DNA from: Octopus bimaculoides
Taxonomy: Eukaryota
Length of the DNA: 44,724 nucleotides
Reading direction: 5' to 3'
Assembly (NCBI RefSeq): GCF_001194135.2
Contig: NC_068982.1
Span: 19,304,736 to 19,349,459 of the forward strand
This document shows positions 24,335-37,257 of the stretch, in pieces (positions within the stretch are counted from its first letter, which is position 1; each line of letters starts with the position of its first letter). The translations under genes were made by a program, and so were the position numbers. Under the pieces are notes generated by a model that did no database searches, was not told the DNA's origin, and worked only from the letters and a program-made list of their open reading frames with translations.

Positions 24335-24340
24335 CATTAT
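24201..24340. repeat. Compound (TAT)n/(CAT)n microsatellite at a SINE 3' end
   Basis: Directly visible. It produces the poly-Y/H and poly-I/M ORFs. Confidence 0.97.
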
Positions 24341-25058
24341 TCCTTCTTCAAGAAGTTGATGGTAAGTTTGTTGTTATTCATTTTCATTTCTACCACAGCC
24401 CTTTCACATAAATATAGACATGAAAATGATATTATAAAACATAAACACAATCCAAAATGCTGTTTTTTTAATGAAATATTCTAAAACATTAACTTCAATT
24501 CTGTAACACTGTTAATCACGTCAAACAATCTCAAGTACAAATGTAAATTTGTCTACTTGACTTATCTGGTGTATATTTATGTAAACTAACTTATAATAGG
24601 ATTATCAGGAAGTGGCATATATATATGATTGTTTATATGTCTGTATATATATATATATATATATATATNNNNNNNNNNNNNNNNNNNNNNNNNNNNNNNN
24701 NNNNNNNNNNNNNNNNNNNNCTGTATATTGATACGTGCGTGAGAGTGCATGTTTTGTATGCATCTGTATATATGTGTGTGTGTGTGTGCGTGTGTATTTG
24801 TATAAATATGTGTGCATATATATATATATGTGTGTGTATCTGTATCTCTCTCTCTATATATATATAATTTTGTCATAAATTTCTATATGTATACTCATGT
24901 TTATGTGTATAATAGTTTTTATATACAACTCTCTCTTTCTCTCTTTCTCTCCCTCTTCTCCCACTTCCTCTTTGTGCATATATACATATTTCATTTAATG
25001 TGCATTGTATAAAGATAAGAAATGCAAATAGTGTCTTGCTACTAGTGCCTCATCGATC

Positions 25059-25260
25059 ATTATCTCTGCCCTAGCGAGGGCGGTGGTATTGTTTTTAGTC
25101 GTGCGTGTTTGTTTGTTCGTTTGTCCGTTGACATGGACAAGATATCTCAGGAACCGCTGGATGAATTGGGATGAAACTTTCAGTGATGTTTGGCCTCTTA
25201 ACTGGTACGGATTGATTAGATTTTGGGATCGATCCGGTACAGGATAAGGATTCTGGATAA
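25059..25260 (+). mobile_element. Helentron-associated / DINE-1-like non-autonomous element
   Basis: TTATCTCTGCCC-TAGCGA-GGGCGG 5' subterminal hairpin and a (GTTT)/(GTCC) microsatellite core. GATATCTCAGGAACC...GATGAAACTTTCAG and a 3' GATCCGG..GGAT palindrome complete the DINE-1/HINE architecture. Confidence 0.65.
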
Positions 25261-25544
25261 TGTATTATATTATATTTACTTTACTATAAATGATTACGAT
25301 CTCACTTTAACTTTGAAATCTTTATTACCTCAGCTGCTTGGACTACTGCTCTAACTATAGTTAACACACAGTATAAAATTAATAGCGGAGCTCGAAGCAA
25401 TGCAACGAAGCTACACAGAGAAAATTATATCAGTGTAACGTACCAGCTATTAGGAAAGGCAGAAATAGTTAAGATTTTATTCCCTAGAACGAAGGCGGGA
25501 AAGATATGCAATAATAGACATCTGGAAGAACCAGGCAAGTCTTG

Positions 25545-25925
25545 TACCAAACGTTGGCATTGAAAGTTACAAAAACTGGAGCTTCTGCATAGTTGCAAAT
25601 ACCCCAGCATCGCCATTAAAATACAGGACAAGATAGTACAAAAGCTTGTGTTTCCAATGCCACAGCTAATCAGTTTCCTCTACCCCAAAATGCAAGAGAG
25701 GCCTGCATAGTGTGGAAGTAGGTGTCTTCAGAACGAAACTGGGACTCCTATCTTCAAGAGTTCCGGATGAGCCAACGTCACGGCAGGAAACGCAGATGAA
25801 AGCAGCAGCATCGATCTTCCGCATTCACCAAATGCCACATATCCGAGGAGGTCTCAAATAATGAAAATGTAGCAAAGCCAAGGGCGGTGCCCCAACACGA
25901 CCGCAACGTTCAAACTTAAACTACT
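25545..25925 (+). mobile_element. Second copy of the probable LINE 3' end sharing the SINE A tail
   Basis: Alignable along its length with the reverse complement of 17408-17770. It ends GGGCGGTGCCCCAACACGACCGCAACG...AAACTACT before (TA)n. Confidence 0.7.
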
Positions 25926-25937
25926 TAAGGACTTAAA

Positions 25938-25941
<4 letters not shown>

Positions 25942-25997
<56 letters not shown>

Positions 25998-26024
25998 GCA
26001 GGAATGCATCTATACATATATTCA

Positions 26025-26082
<58 letters not shown>

Positions 26083-26115
26083 GTTATTTATCTGCCTATC
26101 TATCTATCTATCTAT
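25942..26115. repeat. (TA)n and (TCTA)n microsatellites
   Basis: Directly visible. Confidence 0.95.
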
Positions 26116-26924
26116 ATTTATACACACATATATATCCATATTGTTTGTTTTTATGTCTCTCACGAGAAGATTAAATGTCAAAAAAGAAAACTGAATAACA
26201 CACAGAGCATTAATCATCCCAAAAGCAACTCATCTCTTCCACACAAACACCTCTAGCAACAACAATGTTGTTTCTAGTGTCTGTAACCATGGCAGAGAAA
26301 TATAAAGTAATACGTTGCATCATCTTTTGATTATGAATGAATAACTACAACCACCATGCATTTATTAATGAATTATAGAATTCACTCTTAAAAATAGAAA
26401 AATTCTTGATATATTGGAATTGTAATGGCGCCAAGGCAGCACAATTCTTTAGAATAATACAGCGGAGCGACTCAGTAACATGCCTATAACTTTCGTTCAT
26501 GAGTAATACATATATATATATATATATGTGCGTATATATATATATANNNNNNNNNNNNNNNNNNNNNNNNNNNNNNNNNNNNNNNNNNNNNNNNNNNNNN
26601 NNNNNNNNNNNNNNNNNNNNNNNNNNNNNNNNNNNNNNNNNNNNNNNNNNNNNNNNNNNNNNNNNNNNNNNNNNNNNNNNNNNNNNNNNNNNNNNNNNNN
26701 NNNNNNNNNNNNNNNNNNNNNNNNNNNNNNNNNNNNNNNNNNNNNNNNNNNNNNNNNNNNNNNNNNNNNNNNNNNNNNNNNNNNNNNNNNNNNNNNNNNN
26801 NNNNNNNNNNNNNNNNNNNNNNNNNNNNNNNNNNNNNNNNNNNNNNNNNNNNNNNNNNNNNNNNNNNNNNNNNNNNNNNNNNNNNNNNNNNNNNNNNNNN
26901 NNNNNNNNNNNNNNNNNNNNNNNN

Positions 26925-26974
<50 letters not shown>

Positions 26975-27465
26975 CGCACATATATATACGCACATATATA
27001 TATATAGATAGATGCATCCACACATACACACACAGATGCAGCACACATGCACACACACACATACACATACATATTTGTACTCTGCCGAAATTTCACCGGT
27101 GTGTTTTTCTGGGACATCCACTGCAGAAGTTCCTAACAATCACAATGGTGAAGCGTACGTAGAGAATGAATGATATTACACTAATGTATAAGTTAATTTC
27201 TCCCTCGTAGTCATAACCAATAATAATACTAAATATTGAAATAACAAAACCACTATACAGAGAAAATTATTGGATGATGATAATCTAGGTAGAGCTCTAA
27301 ACTCAACTACAGCCGTTGTTCATCTAATTGTACGCGTAAGGTACACTACGTGTGTGTGTATATGTGTATGTGTGTGTGTATGCACGCGTGTGTATGTGTT
27401 TAAGTGCGTGCATCTAATATATAACTATATCTATACAAAATTTTCAGCAGATGTACTGCATTCCT

Positions 27466-27530
<65 letters not shown>

Positions 27531-28108
27531 ATATCTATCTGTAGGTCTGTCTGTCTGTCACACACATACACACACACTCAGACGTGTGTATATCTGCATG
27601 TATGTATTATTCAACCAGACATGTGATTATGCGTGTGGTTGTATGTGCGAGTACATATGTGGTCCAAGTTGTGTGCTCACGCTATGTATATTGAAAGTGG
27701 TAGAAAGTGTACCGAAAGAATGACCAATTGTCGTGTTACTTATTCCCAATGGCCAATGATTTATCTTTTCGTTGCCTGAGGAATAGCACAATGTGCAATC
27801 TAGGGTGAAATGGGAAAGGACGAGTCCACGAATATGCTATTGTATGTATATATATATATATATATNNNNNNNNNNNNNNNNNNNNNNNNNNNNNNNNNNN
27901 NNNNNNNNNNNNNNNNNNNNNNNNNNNNNNNNNNNNNNNNNNNNNNNNNNNNNNNNNNNNNNNNNNNNNNNNNNNNNNNNNNNNNNNNNNNNNNNNNNNN
28001 NNNNNNNNNNNNNNNNNNNNNNNNNNNNNNNNNNNNNNNNNNNNNNNNNNNNNNNNNNNNNNNNNNNNNNNNNNNNNNNNNNNNNNNNNNNNNNNNNNNN
28101 NNNNNNNN

Positions 28109-28171
<63 letters not shown>

Positions 28172-28299
28172 GAGATAGATAGATAGAGAGAGAGATGCAT
28201 ACATATTTATATATATATTGATGTAAAAATAGTATATACATATATACATACATACTAGTATATATATACATATATGAATATATATTTTTATCTGGTACA

Positions 28300-28683
28300 T
28301 GTTACAATCGTTAGACTGCGGCCAAGCTGGGGAACCGCTTTGAATATTTTTTTATAGATTGAATCGACTTATTTTTTAAGCTTGGTACTTATTCTGTCGT
28401 TGTCTTTTAGTGGAACCCCTATTTACAAGGACGTAAATATATCAGCACCGGTTGCTAAGCGGTGGTGGGGGACAAACATAGACACAAAAGCACACACATA
28501 CACACACAAATAAATATATATATAGAGAACAGGCCCCTTTCAATTTCCGTCTACCAAATCTGCTCATAGGGCTTTGATCTGCCCACAATTATAATAGGAG
28601 ACACTTGCTGAATGTATCACGCATTGAAAGTTAACCCAGAACCATGTGTTTGACAAGAATACTTCTCACCACACATCCATGCC
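28300..28683 (-). mobile_element. Diverged SINE family A copy
   Basis: GACTGCGGCCAAGCTGGGGAACCGC...GGTGGGGGACAAACATAGACAC...TTTCCGTCTACCAAATC...CTCACCACACATCCATGCC, colinear with 9936-10361. Confidence 0.85.
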
Positions 28684-28952
28684 TTTATATATGTAAAGGA
28701 AAATAAGTTATTTTAATTTCGGATAATTATTTATTATTTTATCTTGTAGAGAGAGATTCACCATGAATGATTTGTTTATTGATAATTCTTGGATTTTCTA
28801 TATATGCGAGTTATCTAAAAAATATTGAGTTGAATTGGGAAGGACATTTTCTTTGTTATTTAGAGTTTATATGTGTTATGTATATGTGTGTGCGTGCGTA
28901 TTTATCTGTGTGGATGTATGCTTGTGTTATGATGAAGTTTTCGAGGTTTTGT

Positions 28953-28955
<3 letters not shown>

Positions 28956-29011
<56 letters not shown>

Positions 29012-29018
29012 TGAGAGA
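28956..29018. repeat. (AG)n microsatellite
   Basis: Directly visible. Confidence 0.97.
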
Positions 29019-29069
29019 GTTATGTGCCTTTTAGAAAACAACTCTTGGAGATATAAAATATTAGAATAT

Positions 29070-29800
29070 GTCATTGACAAGTGGAAACGCTACCTTGATG
29101 GCTGTTTTTGTTTGTTGTAGATATTAATAATATTCTGTTCACCCTTCACCCAGCTTTTAAGTTAACGACAGAAACCCATCATTATGACTTACCGATCTTA
29201 GACATCCAGGTAAAAATATGTGACTCTACAGTAATAACGGATATACTTTACAAAAACAAACACACAGAAGTATTTCAATTCCTACTTTTACCATTCTTCT
29301 CGCATGAAGGAGAATATTCCATATTCTATGACAATACGTAACTTTGCAATAGTAATCAGCACAAAAGTACGTCAAATTCATCTCAGCACACTTCATGAAA
29401 ATCTGTGAAGATAATATATTTGAAATATTTTAACTTCAACTTAAAATATTTGGGTTCTGGTTCCCATGTAGTGCTTAAAACTGGATTCTTCTTCCAGGTA
29501 GATGCAGATATGAACTGAAAGAAATAGAATCTCGTCTATGTGCATGAGGTGTATCAATTGCAAAGAAAATTATATTGGCGACACACACAATTCCCTTCGG
29601 GAACGTGCAAGAATCCACCGACCGGCAACACGTCAAACAAAAAGAACTACGCAAGACTACGCTGAGTTAGCATGTGGGAATATGCAGAAAGAGCAGGTTC
29701 AAAATCTTTCTCTTCTACAAATGTCCAACAACCGGAAGGCAATGGGACTACATCTTATCAATTCCTACTTACCCAAACTAAAAGTATATAAAAAGTGATG
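29070..29800 (+). mobile_element. Penelope-like retroelement fossil (RT C-terminal part plus GIY-YIG endonuclease)
   Basis: VIDKWKRYLDGCF (degenerate YLDD) is followed by LHPAFKLTTE...LPILDIQV...TDILYKNKHT (Penelope RT thumb). After a deletion comes NLVY..MRCINCKENYIGDT..LRERARIH (GIY-YIG) and HLINSYLPKL. Stops and frameshifts are present. Confidence 0.88.
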
Positions 29801-30274
29801 TTTACAAAGACAAGAAATCCTCATTAAGAAAATTAATGTCCCAAGCGAACCTAATGAGATTACCACTTGATATTATTATTAATAATATTCTCGTTTCATT
29901 TTACTGAAATAGCCGGAAATTTTCACTTCAATAACCAACATACACATACACAGACATTTAAAAACGTTCTAAAATATTTTGACAGAGTCGCCTTTCTATA
30001 AATGACTCACAAAACAACTGACAAACAATACAATGTTTAACCAAAATGGACGTCTTCAGCATTAATTAGAACTATACGAGAATAAATACCCTTTCTATAG
30101 CTTGGTAGCATGACAACACACCCAAAATACAATGCAATTTCAAGCATCCCCCATCAAACTCTTCTCTTTCTCTTTTCCTTCTTATTTCTTTGTTCTTGTC
30201 CTGTTTCGTCCTGCATTTTTTTCCCTTTCCCTCTCTCAAACCAAGCCTCCAAAATATTCACTCCACACTCATAC

Positions 30275-30275
<1 letters not shown>

Positions 30276-30358
<83 letters not shown>
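30276..30358. repeat. (CA)n microsatellite
   Basis: Directly visible. Confidence 0.97.
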
Positions 30359-30363
<5 letters not shown>

Positions 30364-31301
30364 AATACATACACACGTATATATACAGACTTATAGATTC
30401 AAAGCAACAAAGAACTTTTTCCTCCCAATTTCATCTAACTAACATACATATAACAGCATGACTTTTCTGCAAATAAATCATTCATGATGAATCTCTCAGA
30501 AAGAGATGCAAACGATAAAGAAATAATTATTCCAAATTCTGGATACCTCCTTTTGTTCTTAATATATACAGCCTGTTGTATACACCACTTGGAGAAATGT
30601 ATGTGTGTGTGTGGGTACGTCAAAATATGCACTGTGTTGGGCATCATAGAATTGGTGTTATATGTGTTTAAATGAAATAATACCAGAATAAACGTTGACA
30701 CTAATTCACAATATAGTGGCTTCGAGTCCCGAGCTTGTTTGATAATAGCTGCCACTAAATACGTCGTTTCCTTTCGCTGAAGAATAACTTGGCAGAATGT
30801 TCATTGTTTGTATCATACGAAATACGGCTAGAGGCATCAGACCGAAATCGCTATTTCACATCGAAATGACATTGTGTTGGCATGTAAGATTTCATGCTAA
30901 TTAATTTTTCTTGGTCGTTGTAATTTTAATTACTGTGAAGAGAAATTTGAGGCTGAAATATAATTGAAAATTTCTAAAAGTTATTATACGACATCATTTA
31001 TATGAAATAGGAAAAAAAAACCGTACTGTCAGACGTATACTTCTTTTAAATATACGCATCCTGTTTCTATATGCACTTATATATTTTTACATATATTCGT
31101 GAAGGTGCTGAAATGTTCTTGGCTATTGGCAAAAGAAAATAAAAGAGAAGTTATTAATTATGATCGTTTTCAAAATATTCCACTGTAAGATTCACACATT
31201 AATTGGGTCGGTTCTTACGTTTTTTAAAGACCTGCAAAAGAACTCAGTAGTTGGGCCTTTCACGATACATTTTAAAAAGCAGGAACCTTTGAGCACACCT
31301 C

Positions 31302-31334
<33 letters not shown>

Positions 31335-31788
31335 TACATGCATACACACATGNNNNNNNNNNNNNNNNNNNNNNNNNNNNNNNNNNNNNNNNNNNNNNNN
31401 NNNNNNNNNNNNNNNNNNNNNNNNNNNNNNNNNNNNNNNNNNNNNNNNNNNNNNNNNNNNNNNNNNNNNNNNNNNNNNNNNNNNNNNNNNNNNNNNNNNN
31501 NNNNNNNNNNNNNNNNNNNNNNNNNNNNNNNNNNNNNNNNNNNNNNNNNNNNNNNNNNNNNNNNNNNNNNNNNNNNNNNNNNNNNNNNNNNNNNNNNNNN
31601 NNNNNNNNNNNNNNNNNNNNNNNNNNNNNNNNNNNNNNNNNNNNNNNNNNNNNNNNNNNNNNNNNNNNNNNNNNNNNNNNNNNNNNNNNNNNNNNNNNNN
31701 NNNNNNNNNNNNNNNNNNNNNNNNNNNNNNNNNNNNNNNNNNNNNNNNNNNNNNNNNNNNNNNNNNNNNNNNNNNNNNNNNNNNNNNN

Positions 31789-31827
<39 letters not shown>

Positions 31828-34357
31828 TACATGCATACACACATGCATACATACATACATACACACAGACATACACGCAGACAGAAAGATACACAGACAG
31901 ACAGATAGATAGACAGACAGATGGATAAATAGAATCAAGGAATACGTCTGACAATGACAAGTCCATCTCGGCTGCCACCATTGATGCATGCTAAATATAT
32001 ATTGCAATGAAAGTAACTATTGCACGCCTGTGCTATGAATAAAGCTAGTGACAAAACTGTACTTCAGCAGAGTTCCTTAAGTATGGAAGTCGGATCTGTC
32101 TCGTTTCAATGACACTATATGTCACAATGCTTACGCTATTCCAGTGCTAGTGACAACATTTGGGATACTTGATAAAAGTGTAATATATCTGTTTAACAAA
32201 GAGCTATATGCAGAGAGATATGATCCGTCCAGGCAGCCATTAAGTTCCACATTGCGTCATCGAACAAAAGCTAATGAACACTAAAGGAAGAAATGACTAT
32301 ATTATGTTTATAGTTAATACATGTTTAAAATTACATTATGAAATTAGGTGCAGAAGGCCTAACTAAACATCTCCGAGTTTGCAGTTGTCCCATGAAAACC
32401 AAGGTCGGCTGGACTGAAGTACGTGGAAACTTCGAGGAGATAAACTCATCATACTAGGTGAAATTATATATCGGTTAAATTCTGATAATGCTGTGATATC
32501 AAGTTTCATTCAGCAGGTCATGCCTTTACTATCCAATAACAAGAGAGCTACAAAATACCTGATCACAAAAAAAGATATATAGGAAAGTCTCTAAATCTCA
32601 TCTCCACACTGTAATGGTCGACTGATATCGCTCATCATCAGTAACTCTCGGAAAATGTCTGCAAGAAAGTATCAATAGAGAACTGATGGGAAACCTACAG
32701 TTCTCATATTTATCAAGTCTATACATTTTTATTTGCCCTAGTTATCATAGATACACGGCTCAACGTAAGCATGAGCTTCATAGAAAGCTACAAATCCTTG
32801 GGTTCTCTATATAATGAAGAGAGGATTTGCACTCTCAGAACACAACTGATCGATGGGACAGTCATTATTATTAAAGTATTCAAGGGATTTTCCGTTATAG
32901 GCTCCTGAGTGAACAAATGCACCCAATAGCATACAAATGCATCCTATATCCCAACAAAGAAATGAATGGTAACAAGACATGAAGATGTGTTTTTTTTTTG
33001 TGACATGTACATCCACGAGTGCAAATTTATTCATACGTCAGGCATACATGTATACAACAGCCAATCTAGAAAACGAAAATCCCCTGCAGTTCCTTGATTC
33101 TATATTTTCCCCTTTATTAGTGACCGCAAATGTGGAAACATATCTTAAACACGCCAACACGCTCGAGCGCGCATATAGGGGTTTTCCTGTGTGCATTTAC
33201 ATATAAATGTATGTACACAGCTGCGGTTGGCATTGTGTTGCGTTGAATGCATATCTGGAGTTGCAGGGTATATATACGCGTAATCATTATGCTTCTCTCC
33301 AACCAATTCATTTCTGATCTTCACCGCTTATTTCTATGTATCTAATCTCTGTCAATATGTCTTTATACTTATGCGTTTCTCCGTCTCTTTTTCTTTCCAT
33401 CCCTATTTTCATTCTCTCTTCCTCCTGTCTGTAAATGTTTGTGCTGTCGGTGCGCTTGCACGGATACGCATAAGCATTATTTACGTCTGTTTTACTATTA
33501 AACATAAGTCTCACAAATTTAGAAACGTTAAACAAGAATGCACTATTTATATCACTACATAGCAAGTAATTCCGAATGAAAATATTACTTAGTCTCAACT
33601 AGAATAAGTCTGTAATCATGCTTCATGTTGGGATGAAGCCATACGGCATTCCTCAGAAAACTACTAGAACAGCAAAAATCGGTAAAAGCTTAGACAAAAA
33701 TAGCGTTGAGTTTTCAGCGTCTGATTACTGAAATTAGCTGCTATATTAAGTTGCCTTCCTTATGTATGTATGTATGTATGTATGTATGTATGTATGTATG
33801 TATGCATGTATGTATGTATGCATGCATGCATATATGTATACACCTTTACATACACATACTTGGGTGCATGCACACGAACACACGCACACAAAATTTTCTC
33901 CTTGCCCGTTTAAATTTGATGTAACATCACCGACAATGAATGTGTCAGCTAACGAGTAGACTTTTATGCGAAAACATACTTACTGTTGTACCATTTAAAA
34001 ATATCCATTAATTACAACTGTTGTCGCGAAAACAAGTATGCTAATTAGAACAATGTATTTACAAGGCCTCGGTTCATATATCCAAACTGAAGCGACACAC
34101 CAAATTTTCCTCTATTCACGAGACACTGTTGAAACTATTTATACACACGAACACACACACAACTCCCTCACACACAAACACACACACATCAGTCAATAAG
34201 TGTGTAAGATTCTAAAGTGTAGACGTGTTTTTTAACTTGTGCTATCAAAGTCATAAAAAAATAGACAACACTAATGGAGCTGATACTTCAATGTTATGTT
34301 CGTGTATTAATGGTTTATTTGGACTAGCCATTCAACCAGGGTATTATTCAATTGGTA

Positions 34358-34550
34358 CGGAGCGCTGAGCTAGCAGAAACGTTAGTACGCCGGGCGAAAT
34401 GCTTAGAGTTCAAATTCCGCCGAGGTTGACTTTGCCTTTCATCCTTTCGGGGTCGATAAATTAAGTACCAGTTACGTAGTGGGGTCGATCTCATCGACTT
34501 GCCCCCTCCCCCAAAGCTTCGGGCCTTGTGCCTAGTGTAAAGAAGATATA
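34358..34550 (+). mobile_element. SINE family B
   Basis: GCTAGCAGAAACGTTAGTACGCCGGGCGAAATGCTTAGAGTTCAAATTCCGCCGAGGTTGACTTTGCCTTTCATCCTTTCGGGGTCGATAAATTAAGTACCAG...GGGCCTTGTGCC. Confidence 0.9.
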
Positions 34551-34557
34551 TTATTTA

Positions 34558-34772
34558 AAGGCGACGAACTGGCAGAATCGTAACGCCGAGTGAAATGCTC
34601 GCGGTATCTGGTGCGACTTTACGTTCTGAATTCAAATTCCACCGAGGTCGACTTTGCCTTTCATCTCTTCGGGGTCGATAAATTAAGTATCAGTTGCCTA
34701 CTAGTTTCGATCTAATCGACGGGTGTACTCCCACAACATTTCGGGCCCTGTGCCTAGAGTAGAAAAGATTAT
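34558..34772 (+). mobile_element. SINE family B, tandem second copy (longer head variant)
   Basis: Same core as 34358-34550, with an extra GCGGTATCTGGTGCGACTTTACGTTCT segment in the head. Confidence 0.88.
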
Positions 34773-36402
34773 ACAACTAGTACGGTGAATATGGAGCAAG
34801 TTTACAGGATGTTGCTCCAGAAGTGAAGATTGCATTCTCATCTAAATTTCTGTACACTTACGTCACTAATATTTCAAGCAAAGGCACGAGTGCTGCAAAT
34901 TATCCATCATTCACAACTTCTCGCTCTTTTTGTCTCACTCTGTCTTTTCTCTATGAAGGCATTGTCCCCTCAACATAAAAATAAATAAAATTCAATATAT
35001 GTAACTATGCAATATGTTATTTGATTTTATGTTTAATTTCGCGGAAATTTAGATGCATTTACTAATTTTATAACTTATAGACCTGAATTCAATCCGCAAT
35101 TATTTATCATGTAGCAAGAAAACAGTGACTGAGCCAATACCAACTACACATTGATTATATGTCTTCTCTTCAGAAGAAAAAAAAATTTAAAAACATGGCT
35201 TATAGCGTTATTAACCAGTTGTTGGTTTCATGCTTTTTGACCACTTTCTCTCATTATATTCTTGTTAAATCCGGTTGCAGAACCATCAGGATATGCGTCA
35301 GTCAGTAAAAAATATGTGAATTGATCTGTTCAAGACAATAACTAGCTTGCGTTGGCAGCAGATTTATTGACTATTCTGAAGTTGTTTCCGCATACCACCT
35401 TAGTAACTCAATACTTTTGCCTGAAAGCGTTTGTCTGTCAATTCTTATTTTAGGTTTGCTCTGCTATCTAAACGAGCTATACCATTTAAAATTTGCTTTT
35501 ATCTTCCTTTAGGTTATTTTCCTTCGAATCTGCAGATTCTTGCTTTTTAGTTTTGTTTAATGTTTTCTGCCGGCTGCATATATGTGTGATTTCTATCTTC
35601 ATATTATGTAATTACTTCAGCAAATCGAATAACAACACGAACAAAAAGTCGATAGGAAAATAAGAAAACAAAGCAAAGCAAAACAAAAAGAAAGAACAGC
35701 TGTAAGAAGAAGAAAAAATTGCTAGAAAAATAATAACAAGAAAAACAAGAGCTGCAGTAGCAACAACAAGAATAATAAAAATAATATACGACATCAATCA
35801 CGAAAGACACTATCGACAACATAATGACAGATTATTGAATATTAAGCATTAAGCCAAATATTGTCAATATTTGTGTAGAATTCTATTCAATATCAATATC
35901 TTATGAAAAATTGTGTAGTCTTATACAATTGTGCAAAAAAATATTGAACCTTTTGCAGTTGCTGTTCGTTATATCGGGGTTAGATTTAGATGGTGCATGT
36001 GTTCTTACTAACAGTGATTTTCGTGTAATAGCTCACATTTCCCGCTACATCAATTTGTTTCAGAATTTCTAATCAATAAATTATATCTAAATCCAGAAAT
36101 CAGAAAAAAGATAATTTAAAACGTTCGGATCAATTTTACTATATACATTAGAGTACATTCCGTACTTATTTTAATAAACTTCCTCAGTGACTCTAATTAG
36201 TAATTTCATTAAAATTAATAATTTCATAAAATTTCATAAAATTAAACAAAAAGATTTTATGTCAAAACACCAAACTTTTTTTTTTTATTAAGAAGTATTT
36301 TGGTGGAAGAAGATATTAAATTGAACGCTGAAGTCATATAGAATATTAAATTTGGATCGTAAATAGATTTTTTTCAATAATACATCAGAATAAAATCATA
36401 CA

Positions 36403-36564
36403 CCGTTTTTTAACGTGTATAAGGAACCTTTTATTGTCAAAAATTAGGTTAAGGATATAAGGGAGTTTCTTATACATGGATAGTATTATAATCTCTAACA
36501 AAACCTTTTCTCCAAATTTTAAGCCCCAAACATTAGGGGGTTCATTATACACGTTAAAATACGG
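36403..36564. mobile_element. Tc2/pogo-like (TcMar) MITE
   Basis: TIRs CCGTTTTTTAACGTGTATAA (36403-36422) and TTATACACGTTAAAATACGG (36545-36564), followed by TA. The CCGTATTT-type terminus is typical of Tc2-group elements. Confidence 0.8.
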
Positions 36565-36819
36565 TATATTAAAATCAGGTGTAGATAAATAAATCGCCAG
36601 TTTTAATAACGCACTTCCCATTTCAATAGAGGAGTTCGTAAGTGGGAGAAATTATGCTTTTAGAGATAGCATTCCTTTTAGATACTTCTAGTAATGTAGT
36701 GATTATTATGAAAGTATAGACAGGGAATCATAATAAGAATGAATATACTGATATTGAAAGTAGGCTACTTAAGATCGGAAACGTTGCACAATTTGCTCAG
36801 TTGACGTTGCATTGCCTGC

Positions 36820-37038
36820 TCCTTTCTATTATAGGTAAAAGAACAGACACTTTGGAAGAGCGGATTAATCAATTCCGTCGACCTGAGTACTTGACTAGTA
36901 CTTATTTTATCATATTAAAAAGGATGGAATGCAATGACGAACGCGGCGGAATTTGAAGTGAGAATGTAAAGACGAACGAAATGTTGCTAAGCACTTTGTC
37001 CAACGTGCAAACGATTCTGCTAGGTAGCCGTCTTATAC
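36820..37038 (-). mobile_element. Diverged SINE family B
   Basis: ...CTAGTACTTATTTTATC...AAGGATGGAATGC...GGCGGAATTTGAA...ACGATTCTGCTAGG matches the family B reverse complement. Confidence 0.8.
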
Positions 37039-37055
37039 GTTGCATTAAATATTAG

Positions 37056-37257
37056 TTTCAAATTTTGGCACAAGACCAGTAAGCTCTGTAGGGGAGAATG
37101 TTAATTACATCGACTCCAGTACTAAAGTGGTACTTATTTTATCAACCACAAACGATTGAAATGCAGAGCCAACCTCGGCGGAATTCCTATCCAGAACAAA
37201 AAGACTGACGGAATACCACTAAACATGTTGCTCGGCGCGCTAACGAGCCAGCCTCTT
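37056..37257 (-). mobile_element. Diverged SINE family B, tandem second copy
   Basis: TTTCAAATTTTGGCACAAGACCAG...TACATCGACTCCAGT...GGTACTTATTTTATC...CCTCGGCGGAATT...GCGCTAACGAGCCAG. Confidence 0.8.

Noticed and set aside
17830-27830. Other CUGANGA...GAAA hits (near 17835, 27776 and, on minus, the palindrome spacer near 37880-37903)
   Set aside because: No compatible stems I-III. Such hits are expected by chance in AT-rich DNA.
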